Source of the DNA: a virus
Taxonomy: Duplodnaviria; Caudoviricetes
Strand: one strand, 5' to 3'
Length of the DNA: 63,480 nt
IMG/VR virus record: IMGVR_UViG_3300042923_000762
Span: 1-63,480 of that record
Part shown: piece after piece, positions 30,980 to 39,343 of the stretch
How positions within the stretch are numbered: the first letter of the stretch is position 1
Layout of the letters: each line of letters starts with the position of its first letter
Translations under genes and position numbers: made by a program
The notes under the pieces: generated by a model
The model's database searches: none
What the model saw: the letters and a program-made list of their open reading frames with translations, nothing else
What the model was told of the DNA's origin: nothing

Positions 30980-31127
30980 TTAATCCCCTCTATATATTCC
31001 TACTATTCTTATAGGGATATATGTATATAGGTATATATCTATATGGATATATCATAGTATCTATAGAGGTATTATATACCTATATAGATATATCCCTATA
31101 GAATAGAGGTCTCTATATAGAGGTTAA
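30980..31127. repeat. TA-rich imperfect inverted repeat (core arms 31003-31037 and 31073-31106)
   Basis: ctattcttatagggatatatgtatataggtatata versus tatatacctatatagatatatccctatagaatag (1 mismatch, 1 gap). Confidence 0.85.
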
Positions 31128-31136
31128 TAGGTTAGT

Positions 31137-31166
31137 GGAGTAGACCCGGAGCTTACCCGGGCTGGG
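31137..31166 (+). repeat. Dispersed element (degenerate copy)
   Basis: GGAGTAGAC-CCGGAGCTTA-CCCGGGCTGG resembles the copy at 32534(-). Confidence 0.5.
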
Positions 31167-31265
31167 ACTGTCGCGGGGTACTCAATTAACGGAGCAATCT
31201 GACAGACGCAAATATCTCTAAACCGATTGAGTAAATATCACAACAATTTTATATCAATTTGGGGA

Positions 31266-31294
31266 TTGACATTTTAATGAAATTATTATATAAT
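31266..31294 (+). promoter_or_regulatory. Consensus sigma-A early promoter
   Basis: TTGACA-17-TATAAT followed by TATAAGATA. Confidence 0.9.
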
Positions 31295-31366
31295 TAATTA
31301 TAAGATAAAGGAAATACATTATCTTACCAATCCAAATCAATCAAATCAAATTAGGAGGTCACAAAG

Positions 31367-31687
31367 ATGACAAACAACGAAATTAAAGCAATCGTATCAA
31401 CAGAGGGTTCAAAATCAAAGAAAATGATCGCTCTTTATAATGGCGGGATGGAAATCAAAGATATCGCGGAATTAATGGGTACCAGATATAATTTCGTATA
31501 CAATGTAGTTTCCAACTACACCCGAATCAATGATGTGGAATTAAGAACCAATAAGGGTGGCGATTCAAAGAAAAATCAAATTATCTCATTAATCGCGCAG
31601 GGATTGAGCAATACCGAAATATCCAAAATTACCAAATCCAATTACAACTACGTATATAAGATCGCAAAGGAACTTACTAGTAAGTAA
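31367..31687 (+). CDS. Tandem (2x) HTH-repeat protein
   Basis: SKSKKMIALYNGGMEIKDIAELMGTRYNFVYNVV and SKKNQIISLIAQGLSNTEISKITKSNYNYVYKIA. Confidence 0.8.
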   Translation: MTNNEIKAIVSTEGSKSKKMIALYNGGMEIKDIAELMGTRYNFVYNVVSNYTRINDVELRTNKGGDSKKNQIISLIAQGLSNTEISKITKSNYNYVYKIAKELTSK

Positions 31688-31694
31688 TAACAAA

Positions 31695-31716
31695 GGGGGG
31701 TCGCAAGACCCCCCCC
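31695..31716 (+). other. GC stem-loop with GCAA tetraloop after the HTH gene
   Basis: ggggggtc-gcaa-gacccccc, no U-tract. Confidence 0.55.
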
Positions 31717-31739
31717 CCCAAGGGGAGAAAGGATAAAAT

Positions 31740-31952
31740 ATGGAATTTGCAAAAGTAGGTTCTCAGAATAAAGTACTAAAAGGAGAAAGAAGATTACGTA
31801 TAGAAGAAATATTAGGCACAAAGTTAAGTGAGCATGAATATAAGCATCTTATTTCGGGTTGGTATTGGTTTTATTGTGAATATGAAAGATATGCCAATAC
31901 ACCAATAGTGGACATTCTTATTAAAGAATGGTTACCGGAAATTAGAAAATAG
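31740..31952 (+). CDS. Hypothetical early protein
   Basis: ORF with AAAGGA RBS. Confidence 0.65.
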   Translation: MEFAKVGSQNKVLKGERRLRIEEILGTKLSEHEYKHLISGWYWFYCEYERYANTPIVDILIKEWLPEIRK

Positions 31953-31972
31953 TGTCCAAAGGAGGATGCAAT

Positions 31973-32128
31973 ATGAGTAGAGCTTCACAGGGAGGAAACC
32001 CCTTTATAAACCAGTATAAGAGAACAATGAGAGCAGGAAAAATAATATTATATTCGAAGGGAGAACATGGCGATGTTCGGGATAAGTTTATTATTAAGAG
32101 GATTAGGATTCAAAGTGAAGAAGACTGA
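31973..32128 (+). CDS. Hypothetical early protein (51 aa, not in ORF track)
   Basis: AAGGAGG RBS; MSRASQGGNPFINQYKR... Confidence 0.6.
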   Translation: MSRASQGGNPFINQYKRTMRAGKIILYSKGEHGDVRDKFIIKRIRIQSEED

Positions 32129-32315
32129 GATTTGGCGTAAAGGTAAGGAAACATTTATTATGGGTAATAGTGAGGAACCGGACAAAAATAAGAAGACCAA
32201 AATTACATATGTCAATGGTAGTACACTTAAGAACTTTTATCTACCACAGGACGAACAAGCCTTTAGGCAATTCGTAGACTCCACAAGGGAGGCTGCGGCA
32301 ACGAAACGCCGATGA
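32067..32315 (+). CDS. Hypothetical early protein
   Basis: ORF with GGGAG RBS, followed by a terminator. Confidence 0.55.
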   Translation: MAMFGISLLLRGLGFKVKKTEIWRKGKETFIMGNSEEPDKNKKTKITYVNGSTLKNFYLPQDEQAFRQFVDSTREAAATKRR

Positions 32316-32357
32316 TAATAGCCAACACCACATATTTGTGATTTGATAGATTGGGAA

Positions 32358-32383
32358 GAGGAGGAGTGATTCTCCTCCTTTTC
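32358..32383 (+). terminator. Intrinsic terminator
   Basis: aggaggag-tgatt-ctcctcct-ttt. Confidence 0.75.
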
Positions 32384-32402
32384 ATGTGCATATTAGGGAG
32401 AG

Positions 32403-32534
32403 CGGAGTGGGCCAGGTTGGCCCGGGGCACCCGGTCTCGAGGGCATGCGAGGCGGACTTGGCGCACCATAGTGTGTGTTGCCGCTCGCGATGCCCAAAGA
32501 ACGACCCGCCCGGGTCCGCTCGGGGCCCACTCCG
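32403..32534. repeat. GC-rich fold-back of about 130 nt, bounded by two inverted copies of the dispersed element
   Basis: cggagtgggcc (32403) pairs with ggcccactccg (32524); inner gggcat-gcgag pairs with ctcgc-g-atgccc. Confidence 0.8.
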
Positions 32535-32634
32535 ACCGCCCATAAAACCCTGCAGACGGGCGATACGGTGAACTACTCCTAGCGCCCATAAAACAGCATA
32601 GATGAGTCCCAACTCAATGGGCTCATCCTTAGTA

Positions 32635-32787
32635 CTATCTAGTTTGTAATAACTCTACTCCCTCTACTTCTACTACTTCCGGTATTGGTCCCAGGTACTT
32701 ATTGATGACCATGATCTTCTTCCCCTGCGCGCGATTAACATTAAGCACCTCTGCTAACACCTCTAAATAACCTTTTCCTTTTGCCAT
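32635..32787 (-). CDS. Hypothetical protein (50 aa, not in ORF track)
   Basis: MAKGKGYLEVLAEVLNV...; GGAGG upstream. Confidence 0.6.
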   Translation of the reverse strand: MAKGKGYLEVLAEVLNVNRAQGKKIMVINKYLGPIPEVVEVEGVELLQTR

Positions 32788-32791
32788 ATTC

Positions 32792-33007
32792 CTATTCCTC
32801 CCTAAAGCATTTTCTTTTGCCTATCCACTGTATACATTTATTCAATGCATCACCATAACCATTACCCTCTACATGAAGACATCTCCAATAAGTACCCATA
32901 TACACTCTAAACATGGAGGCATATATTGTAGATTCTAACTCTGTTACAAAATATTCACCCCTAACATAAACTACCTTACCCTTTTTAGTTATTTCTCCTA
33001 AGACCAT
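32792..33007 (-). CDS. Hypothetical protein
   Basis: AAGGAGG RBS; own promoter-like site at about 33040-33070. Confidence 0.7.
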   Translation of the reverse strand: MVLGEITKKGKVVYVRGEYFVTELESTIYASMFRVYMGTYWRCLHVEGNGYGDALNKCIQWIGKRKCFREE

Positions 33008-33175
33008 GGTGTGACCTCCTTAATATTTATTATATTTATATTATACTATGGAGGGATGCCTGAAGTAACGATGGAACTTGGTCGTATCTTTACTCCAGGC
33101 TTCTCACAGCGGAATTATAGGATCATTATCATAACAACTACAAATATAACCCATTCTAAAAGCGTCATCCCTAAA

Positions 33176-33478
33176 CTATTCTTCTTCATCCCTATCGTTC
33201 TCCTCAAAGTCATATTCTCCTAAAGTATCCTCATTGTCATCCTGGTCGTCTATATATCCTAATATTCTAAAGACCTCTATTAATTCCTTATCTGAGGTAC
33301 CTATATCATCACATAACATCTCTATTTCTGCCCATTCTCTAGAACCACCATCTTTAAGGCGTTCCCAGAAGTAGCTAAGACAATGTTCCACTACCTCTCT
33401 TACATTACCGAATGTCTCACACGCTGACCCTACTGAATATTGTCTTTCATTGAAATCACTCATTACCAAGTACCTCAC
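33176..33478 (-). CDS. Hypothetical protein with acidic C-terminus
   Basis: GTG start directly after the promoter; D/E-rich tail. Confidence 0.6.
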   Translation of the reverse strand: MRYLVMSDFNERQYSVGSACETFGNVREVVEHCLSYFWERLKDGGSREWAEIEMLCDDIGTSDKELIEVFRILGYIDDQDDNEDTLGEYDFEENDRDEEE

Positions 33479-33501
33479 TTTCTTTTCTTTATTATAATAT
33501 A

Positions 33502-33531
33502 ATTATATAGGAGAGGGATGCCCAGTATCAA
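33502..33531 (-). promoter_or_regulatory. Sigma-A-like promoter
   Basis: TTGATA-18-TATAAT on the minus strand. Confidence 0.6.
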
Positions 33532-33644
33532 TAGGGTTTTGGATATATCTTACAAACCTTTGTCAGCTATAGGCGGAATGTATACGAGAGACAGGCATAG
33601 GCGGCCGCTGGGCGCGGTGTTGGGCGGTTAGCCGCCTGGCAGGA

Positions 33645-33790
33645 CCAGCCCTGGACCGCTCGGGCCCATCTCGGCGTCCCAGTAATTAAAAGCACCTGCT
33701 CTTGTCGCCTATAAAAGGGGATCCCACGTGATAATACCAAAGCTAACAAAAAGAAGGAAGGCGGAGATGGGCAAACGATGGCCCGGGCGG
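33645..33790. repeat. Two outward-facing copies of the dispersed element (33645-33674 minus, 33764-33790 plus)
   Basis: GAGATGGGC-CCGAGCGGT-CCAGGGC and GAGATGGGC-AAACGATGG-CCCGGGC. Confidence 0.8.
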
Positions 33791-33893
33791 GACTCGCGAT
33801 GGGGTTGCGGCAGCTACCTTGAGGGATGCTATATTGTTCCTCTGGGGTGACTTGCTGTCATAGCCTTTTCGAAAGATAGAGCTAATTCCCAGA

Positions 33894-33922
33894 TTGACAA
33901 TTTTGTAAAGGGCGGCTATAAT
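33894..33922 (+). promoter_or_regulatory. Consensus sigma-A early promoter
   Basis: TTGACA-17-TATAAT followed by TATAAGATA. Confidence 0.9.
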
Positions 33923-34003
33923 TATATTATAAGATAACAACATATCTTAACCCAATCACAAAACATCAAATTCCCGGCGGGGTAACGCGGAAGGAGTAAT
34001 AAT

Positions 34004-34468
34004 ATGAAGTTAACAGTGGATGAAATGATCAGTAAAGAAGCAGTGGAAGCAGCAGTACAGGCTATGAAGAACGGAACAAGTAAAGGTGCAACTATCAGAA
34101 CATTATTTGCAGGCGGGATGGAAGTTAAGGATATCTCCGTAGCAACCGGTATTCGTTACAACCATGTGTATAATGTGGTAAAGAATGAGGTACTCGTAAA
34201 TGACTTGGAAGTAGAGAAGAGTAGTCGCAGTTCAGAGAACTCTAAGAAGGCGCAGATTGTTAAGCTTTTAAGTGAAGGCAAGAGCATCACACAAGTTGCA
34301 CAGGAACTTCATTGCTTGTACAATTACGTGTGGCAGGTAGCTAAGGCAGCCAACATGACCGGAACTAAAGTGGAACTCAAAGAGGTATCAGAGTTAGACC
34401 CTGCAGCGGAAGTGGCCAAGCCTGATAGACCCACGCTTAAGAACAAGAAGGAAGTAAAGGTGGGTTAA
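34004..34468 (+). CDS. Tandem (2x) HTH-repeat protein, paralogue of 31367..31687
   Basis: SKGATIRTLFAGGMEVKDISVATGIRYNHVYNVV and SKKAQIVKLLSEGKSITQVAQELHCLYNYVWQVA. Confidence 0.8.
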   Translation: MKLTVDEMISKEAVEAAVQAMKNGTSKGATIRTLFAGGMEVKDISVATGIRYNHVYNVVKNEVLVNDLEVEKSSRSSENSKKAQIVKLLSEGKSITQVAQELHCLYNYVWQVAKAANMTGTKVELKEVSELDPAAEVAKPDRPTLKNKKEVKVG

Positions 34469-34520
34469 TAACCCACCACCCCCTAGGGGGAAATATAGAT
34501 GGGAATCAAATCAGAATATT

Positions 34521-35174
34521 ATGGAGGGTTTTAAGATGATAACAGTTAATGAAGGTTTAGTTAAGAAGGCAGTAGTAACGATGGAAATGCAGGAATACCT
34601 GGAATTATTACAGGAGGCTACTGATGGTAGTGAATTCATTAAGGTGCTTAAGAAGGAAGTTAAAGTAGAGGTGAATGAGAATGGTTATGTAAGTATAGGT
34701 AACAAGCGTCCTGGTTTATCCTACTACAAAGACTTAATTAAGACCCTGGTATTTATGGAGTTAGTTAATAATCCGGAAACAGTAGATGCCCTATTCCTAA
34801 AGGATGAAAAGTACTTTGATATGGAAGGGATGAATTTCACAGGGTATTGTTGGTACGGTGGGGATGAGAATAAGGTTAATATTTTGTCCGATGATGCGGT
34901 GGCCGAACATTGGATGTATGCTATGAAAGTTAGCGCGGCATTAGATACAGTCTTAAGTATGGATGCAGATGTATTAGGTGAATTGTGTGTGAAGATACAA
35001 GAGTACATCGATGATGAACAGATCCCGGTATCAAGAAAGGAAGCAGCTCAGAAAATATATGATGTGCTATCTGCCGATAGTGTTAAGATAGGACGTGACG
35101 ATGCTCGGTGGTTGTTCGAATTCGGCTTTATAGAAGTGGAAGATGTGGAGTTGAGTGACTCCGCTCGTAAGTAA
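34521..35174 (+). CDS. Hypothetical acidic early protein
   Basis: 217-aa ORF followed by a terminator. Confidence 0.75.
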   Translation: MEGFKMITVNEGLVKKAVVTMEMQEYLELLQEATDGSEFIKVLKKEVKVEVNENGYVSIGNKRPGLSYYKDLIKTLVFMELVNNPETVDALFLKDEKYFDMEGMNFTGYCWYGGDENKVNILSDDAVAEHWMYAMKVSAALDTVLSMDADVLGELCVKIQEYIDDEQIPVSRKEAAQKIYDVLSADSVKIGRDDARWLFEFGFIEVEDVELSDSARK

Positions 35175-35188
35175 CGGTTCTAAGGGTT

Positions 35189-35216
35189 AGGGGCGCGGAA
35201 GCGTCCCTTTCTTTTT
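35189..35216 (+). terminator. Intrinsic terminator
   Basis: aggggcgc-ggaa-gcgtccct-ttcttttt. Confidence 0.8.
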
Positions 35217-35242
35217 GCTTTGTAATTAGTCCCAATACGGAA

Positions 35243-35271
35243 GCCCACTGGGCGCATCTCGGGCCCAACTC
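35243..35271 (-). repeat. Dispersed element (copy)
   Basis: Minus strand GAGTTGGGC-CCGAGATGCG-CCCAGTGGG. Confidence 0.65.
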
Positions 35272-35419
35272 TGCCATCCGCAAGTTTGCATTGCGTACCA
35301 TGTAATTTCGCCTATGTAACCCACCGAAGGTTGTTGTCCGGCTACTAGGCACCCTTCAGTAACGTCTCTGCTAATCGTCGGGGCGCCTATAAAAAGCCCG
35401 CTAACGTGACCAAAAATTT

Positions 35420-36400
35420 TGGAATTCTTGTTGTCTCTGTGGTGAAAATAACTCACAAAACAGTTTCGTAGTGTAACATCCCGATGTTATCCCTGTTTAG
35501 CCCTCGAAACTCGAGTTGTCTCTTGAGTGCTTTGTACACAAGTTTTTGCTTGTTCACGCATCTCTCTCTGTGTCTCTTGAGTACTTTTTACTAGTTGTAT
35601 ATGTAAGGCCTCTCTCTTTTCATAGGGATTTGAGCGGCCCGGTGCAATCACGATCAAAATCCCGCAAATTTGTTGTGATTTCTACTCAAAAGTGCCTCTC
35701 TCCTGAAAAATCATGCATCTCTCCACTTCTGAGAGACCACTGAAGCTAGAGCAAATAGTACACATTCGTGGCCTCTCTCTTGAGTAATAAGTACACAAAT
35801 ATTCAATCTGGGCAAAAAGGGATGTCTCCGGGATGATTTTACCCACCTCTCATTTTATATTATATAAAATTAACACCCACACTTTTTTTTTTCCTACATA
35901 GCTTTTTTATCCCGTTTCATCCACGATATCCCTATAATTCCTTCTATAATTTTAATCACGTCATACAGGCCCATACTGGGGGTTTTGTGTTATCTCCTAT
36001 TGACAGTTTCGTATAGGAAACTTTTATACTTTATTAATCTGAGTTCAAAATATAATCCCTTTTTTGTCCCGAGAGTCCCGAAACCTACATAAACAGTAGA
36101 TTCTAATGCCCCTCTCCGTAGGGATAAGAAAGGGATCGTGCAGGGATTCAGGGCTATCAAACCTAAAATCCCGGGATAGAGACAACACAGATCATGCGGG
36201 AATCCCGGGATTAATATATCAATAGTTTCGTAGAGTCCCGTAAATTCATTTCGTGCTTTTTCTTATGCGGAGTGTTCCACTCTGTCCCGAGAAACAATCG
36301 TTTTGCCCGAGAAACCTGCGTGATGCTAAACAACTTATTGTGACTTCGTTAACTGACGAAAGATAAAGAAAATAGAGTAAGAGAATAAACTAGAATTAAG
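35420..36400. other. Non-coding region of about 1 kb with iterated RTCCC/GGGAY motifs; candidate replication origin
   Basis: About 20 short motifs by eye, ATCCCGGGAT palindromes, AT-rich core; no credible ORF. Confidence 0.45.
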
Positions 36401-36410
36401 CAAAGAAAGA

Positions 36411-36458
36411 GCAATCACTTACTCTGTGGGTTTATTGGAGATGTGCGTAAGTGATTGC
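36411..36458 (-). terminator. Stem-loop ending the minus-strand accessory block
   Basis: gcaatcacttac...gtaagtgattgc 12-bp stem with an A-rich left flank. Confidence 0.6.
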
Positions 36459-36472
36459 CCGTTGTTTGTTTC

Positions 36473-37279
36473 TTATTGGTATGTTACAGTTACGATAGCA
36501 AGCATGGCTGCTTCTTCATTTGACATTGTCTTGCGGAACTCTTTATAATACAATGCAATTCTTTGTGCCGCTAAGCGATCCTTACTTTTCCTTGTCACAC
36601 TTTTTTGCGTACCATATGGTTTAGCGAAGTTAGCTGATTGAGCCTTTAACTGAACCATATGCCCTTGAACTGGAACTTCTCCTTCAGAATAAGGTAGCTT
36701 TGCATCAAACTGAACTGGAGGAATATCAGTAGAAGGCTCTGTCCGCTCTGTAAACCCTTGAGATGATGCCTTCGGCTCCCAATTATCAAAGGTATCAATG
36801 CCACAACCCATTGACTTATTACAATGTATCCCGTCTGTTTGTAAATTACCACAAGTAGAACACTTCTTTATGGGTGTAACTGTACCACATAATTCCGCTT
36901 TGTCTGCCTTAGGAGGATTTACAATGCTTCTTGCAATTACAGTTTCCCATAACTCTTTAATCCTCGGTGCTGTATGATTGAGAGCGTCCATCATGTGCAT
37001 TTCAATTTCACCTAATTCCTGCTGAGAAATACAGCCTTCGGTTGTGTCAGGGAATGCTAACGCGGTGAGGTCGAAGTAAATTTGTGCATCCCACACACCT
37101 GGTGCGACGTTATCGTGCTTTTCAGTTCCGCCTAACTTATCTGCTATACCCTTTAATAAATCAATATCCGCCATAAATTCCTTTGGATACTCATTAATAG
37201 TTGGTACAGATAACTTAAATAGCAGTATTACATTTTGGTATATATGCTTTGAAATACTACATCCTTTGAATTCTATCAT
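36473..37279 (-). CDS. Hypothetical protein with a small central Cys cluster
   Basis: 268-aa ORF, CSTC...C...C. Confidence 0.7.
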   Translation of the reverse strand: MIEFKGCSISKHIYQNVILLFKLSVPTINEYPKEFMADIDLLKGIADKLGGTEKHDNVAPGVWDAQIYFDLTALAFPDTTEGCISQQELGEIEMHMMDALNHTAPRIKELWETVIARSIVNPPKADKAELCGTVTPIKKCSTCGNLQTDGIHCNKSMGCGIDTFDNWEPKASSQGFTERTEPSTDIPPVQFDAKLPYSEGEVPVQGHMVQLKAQSANFAKPYGTQKSVTRKSKDRLAAQRIALYYKEFRKTMSNEEAAMLAIVTVTYQ

Positions 37280-37284
37280 CCTAA

Positions 37285-37521
37285 CTACCTCTTTTCTTGT
37301 ACTATGATTAATTTACATGTATTTCCGCGCGTTGTTTCCAACGTGAGAGTTGTATTGTAATCGGATCCATCCTCGACTGACTCCACTTCTACAACCTTAG
37401 CTCCTTTAAGGTCAGGGACCCCCATATAGAGATCCCTTCCACCTGAATGTGTCCTTGCAACTATTACTGACATATTATACTCCTTCCTCAACAAGCACAT
37501 CAATATCACCAATACAGACAA
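37285..37521 (-). CDS. Hypothetical protein (true start probably the downstream MSVIVAR)
   Basis: Packed minus-strand ORF; AAGGAG before the internal ATG. Confidence 0.55.
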   Translation of the reverse strand: MSVLVILMCLLRKEYNMSVIVARTHSGGRDLYMGVPDLKGAKVVEVESVEDGSDYNTTLTLETTRGNTCKLIIVQEKR

Positions 37522-37681
37522 ACTGTTTATTAATAGCCTCCGTAATCATGAATAATTGAAATGATTGCACAGCTAAATCAGCTTCTTTTGGATCCTCAAT
37601 ATATGCCGTGATGGTTATTTTCTGCATATTACTCCTTTCTGTGTTTACCCCAATTGATGCTTCCAAATCGAAGATAATCAT
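37475..37681 (-). CDS. Hypothetical protein
   Basis: Packed ORF; RBS before the internal MQKIT. Confidence 0.5.
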   Translation of the reverse strand: MIIFDLEASIGVNTERSNMQKITITAYIEDPKEADLAVQSFQLFMITEAINKQFVCIGDIDVLVEEGV

Positions 37682-37844
37682 CCTTCGTTAATTTACCGTA
37701 AGCTCTTGCAACATCAACTTGACCATTAGCACAGTTCCATATGAACTTGACATGTCTCTTTAACGATAAGAACCTTGTATATCTATTTCCCTTAACTCTC
37801 ACTACGGCCATGCTATCTCCTCCCATGGGGCTTAAGAGTTGCAT
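37629..37844 (-). CDS. Hypothetical protein
   Basis: Packed ORF; GGAGG before the internal MAVVR. Confidence 0.5.
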   Translation of the reverse strand: MQLLSPMGGDSMAVVRVKGNRYTRFLSLKRHVKFIWNCANGQVDVARAYGKLTKDDYLRFGSINWGKHRKE

Positions 37845-38022
37845 CCGGCTTATACACGTAGTATTTAGTTTCTATCACCTCTACCAATAATCCGGAGCCA
37901 CAACAACTTTCACATTGGAAACTTTCATCCTCATCTACACTCACTCTTTGGCTTACAGCTCCAGTACCCTTACATGTATTACATATTACTATCTTTTTGT
38001 CCACGGTATTACTCTGCGTCAT
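37813..38022 (-). CDS. Small DnaJ-type zinc-finger protein
   Basis: CNTCKGTG...CESCCGSG (two CxxCxGxG motifs). Confidence 0.7.
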   Translation of the reverse strand: MTQSNTVDKKIVICNTCKGTGAVSQRVSVDEDESFQCESCCGSGLLVEVIETKYYVYKPDATLKPHGRR

Positions 38023-38188
38023 CTTCTTCTACCTCCATATTCCAACAAGCATCACAGCCGCATCCACAGTTCGCCTGTTCACCTAGTTTTAGTTCAGGAT
38101 AGGTACCCGGACAACCCGAAACACCGCCACCAAATCTCTCATGAATGAATTCAGGATATACCGCTTCAACTTTTTCCTTCCTAGTCAT
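38009..38188 (-). CDS. Small Cys-rich protein (59 aa, not in ORF track)
   Basis: GGVSGCP...CGCGCDACWN; GAGGAGG RBS. Confidence 0.65.
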   Translation of the reverse strand: MTRKEKVEAVYPEFIHERFGGGVSGCPGTYPELKLGEQANCGCGCDACWNMEVEEDDAE

Positions 38189-38354
38189 CTTCCTCCTCCT
38201 CTTCTAGATAAGCTTCATAGGCATCAGCACAATGACTACCCTCACACATTATAGGTTCGCCACCATAACAATGCACTCCCTTGTGATCCTCATCCAACGG
38301 ACAATAATCACATAATTCACCTGCATCTTGTAACTCTTCCATTGTCTTTGACAT
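38181..38354 (-). CDS. Small Cys-rich acidic protein (57 aa, not in ORF track)
   Basis: LCDYCPL...HCYGGEPIMCEGSHC; AAAGGAG RBS. Confidence 0.65.
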   Translation of the reverse strand: MSKTMEELQDAGELCDYCPLDEDHKGVHCYGGEPIMCEGSHCADAYEAYLEEEEEDD

Positions 38355-38448
38355 ATTAACTCCTTTCCCACCGATAAATTAAATATCGGGCAATTAATAA
38401 TAGGATTAGTCTCATAGACAACCTCCTTACTTTTGTTTCCTTATTTTC

Positions 38449-38772
38449 TTACGCCCGTATGGCCGATTTCTTATCACCCTTTTCCGTAATACCTTCCTCA
38501 TTCCCTAAACTCTCCCATTCTGCATATAATTCATCCAGATACGTATTTAGTGCCTCCCTTATAAGTTCCCTGAGGCGTTTCTTTACAATCATGCGTCTTC
38601 TGTCAAATAAACCTGGATTAGTTTCTATGGACATATTGAATAAATTCCGCTTCTTGGGCTTAGCTATTTCAAGTTCAGCTTCCCATGTATTACGATAATA
38701 CAAGTTGAAATGTTCTAACGCATCAATTTGTTCCTTAATTTCATTTGCTTTGCGCAGTGTCTCTTTGTTCAT
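38449..38772 (-). CDS. Hypothetical protein
   Basis: MNKETLRKANEIK...; RBS before ATG 38772. Confidence 0.65.
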   Translation of the reverse strand: MNKETLRKANEIKEQIDALEHFNLYYRNTWEAELEIAKPKKRNLFNMSIETNPGLFDRRRMIVKKRLRELIREALNTYLDELYAEWESLGNEEGITEKGDKKSAIRA

Positions 38773-38956
38773 CCTTCTCCCCCCATTTAGTCGTTCTTCT
38801 ATTAGGTTTCTCAGTGTAAAGTGAATTACCACACTTAGGACAATTAAATTTTTCAGTGTGTGGATATCCACAGTCATAACAATATTTTATCTGATCCGTC
38901 ATTTGCGTCTCCTCCTTTTTCTGCGTACCATAGGGTAATGATGCATCCTCAACCAA
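38741..38956 (-). CDS. Small zinc-ribbon protein
   Basis: CYDC...CPKC. Confidence 0.55.
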   Translation of the reverse strand: MVEDASLPYGTQKKEETQMTDQIKYCYDCGYPHTEKFNCPKCGNSLYTEKPNRRTTKWGEKDEQRDTAQSK

Positions 38957-39207
38957 TTGTTTGTTATCCCGAAATGACTAGGTAATCCAAACAGAGCAAG
39001 CATCTGAGCTCTTGATAGATGTGCTATCTCAAACTCTACTGTTCCGCCTAATAATTCAGGTTCAAAGGAAAATGATTCCTCAGGACAAAAGTTATCCTGT
39101 TGCTTGAATTCCGCTGTGATATCTGGGATTGAAGTGATTTCCTGCATTTCTCCTGTGGCAAAGTCTTGTACATAGAACTTCACTTCTTTCGCTTCTTTGA
39201 CTGGCAT
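38899..39207 (-). CDS. Hypothetical protein
   Basis: C-terminal TNNWLRMHHYPMVRR; AGGAGG RBS. Confidence 0.7.
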   Translation of the reverse strand: MPVKEAKEVKFYVQDFATGEMQEITSIPDITAEFKQQDNFCPEESFSFEPELLGGTVEFEIAHLSRAQMLALFGLPSHFGITNNWLRMHHYPMVRRKRRRRK

Positions 39208-39343
39208 CCGCCCTTACCTCCTTTTCTAGTCTTAGCTAAGTATGCACCATAATCTTTTGGCGTTGTCTTTTTATTTATGTCAATCATTCGCTGCCCAAAA
39301 TAGTCATTTGTAAATGGAATATGTGGCATCATACTATCACCTC

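Noticed and set aside
32263-32612. Several overlapping ORFs in the GC-rich island (also 33567..33943 and 35128..35743)
   Set aside because: They stay open because of high GC, lack RBSs, have atypical composition and overlap structured repeats.
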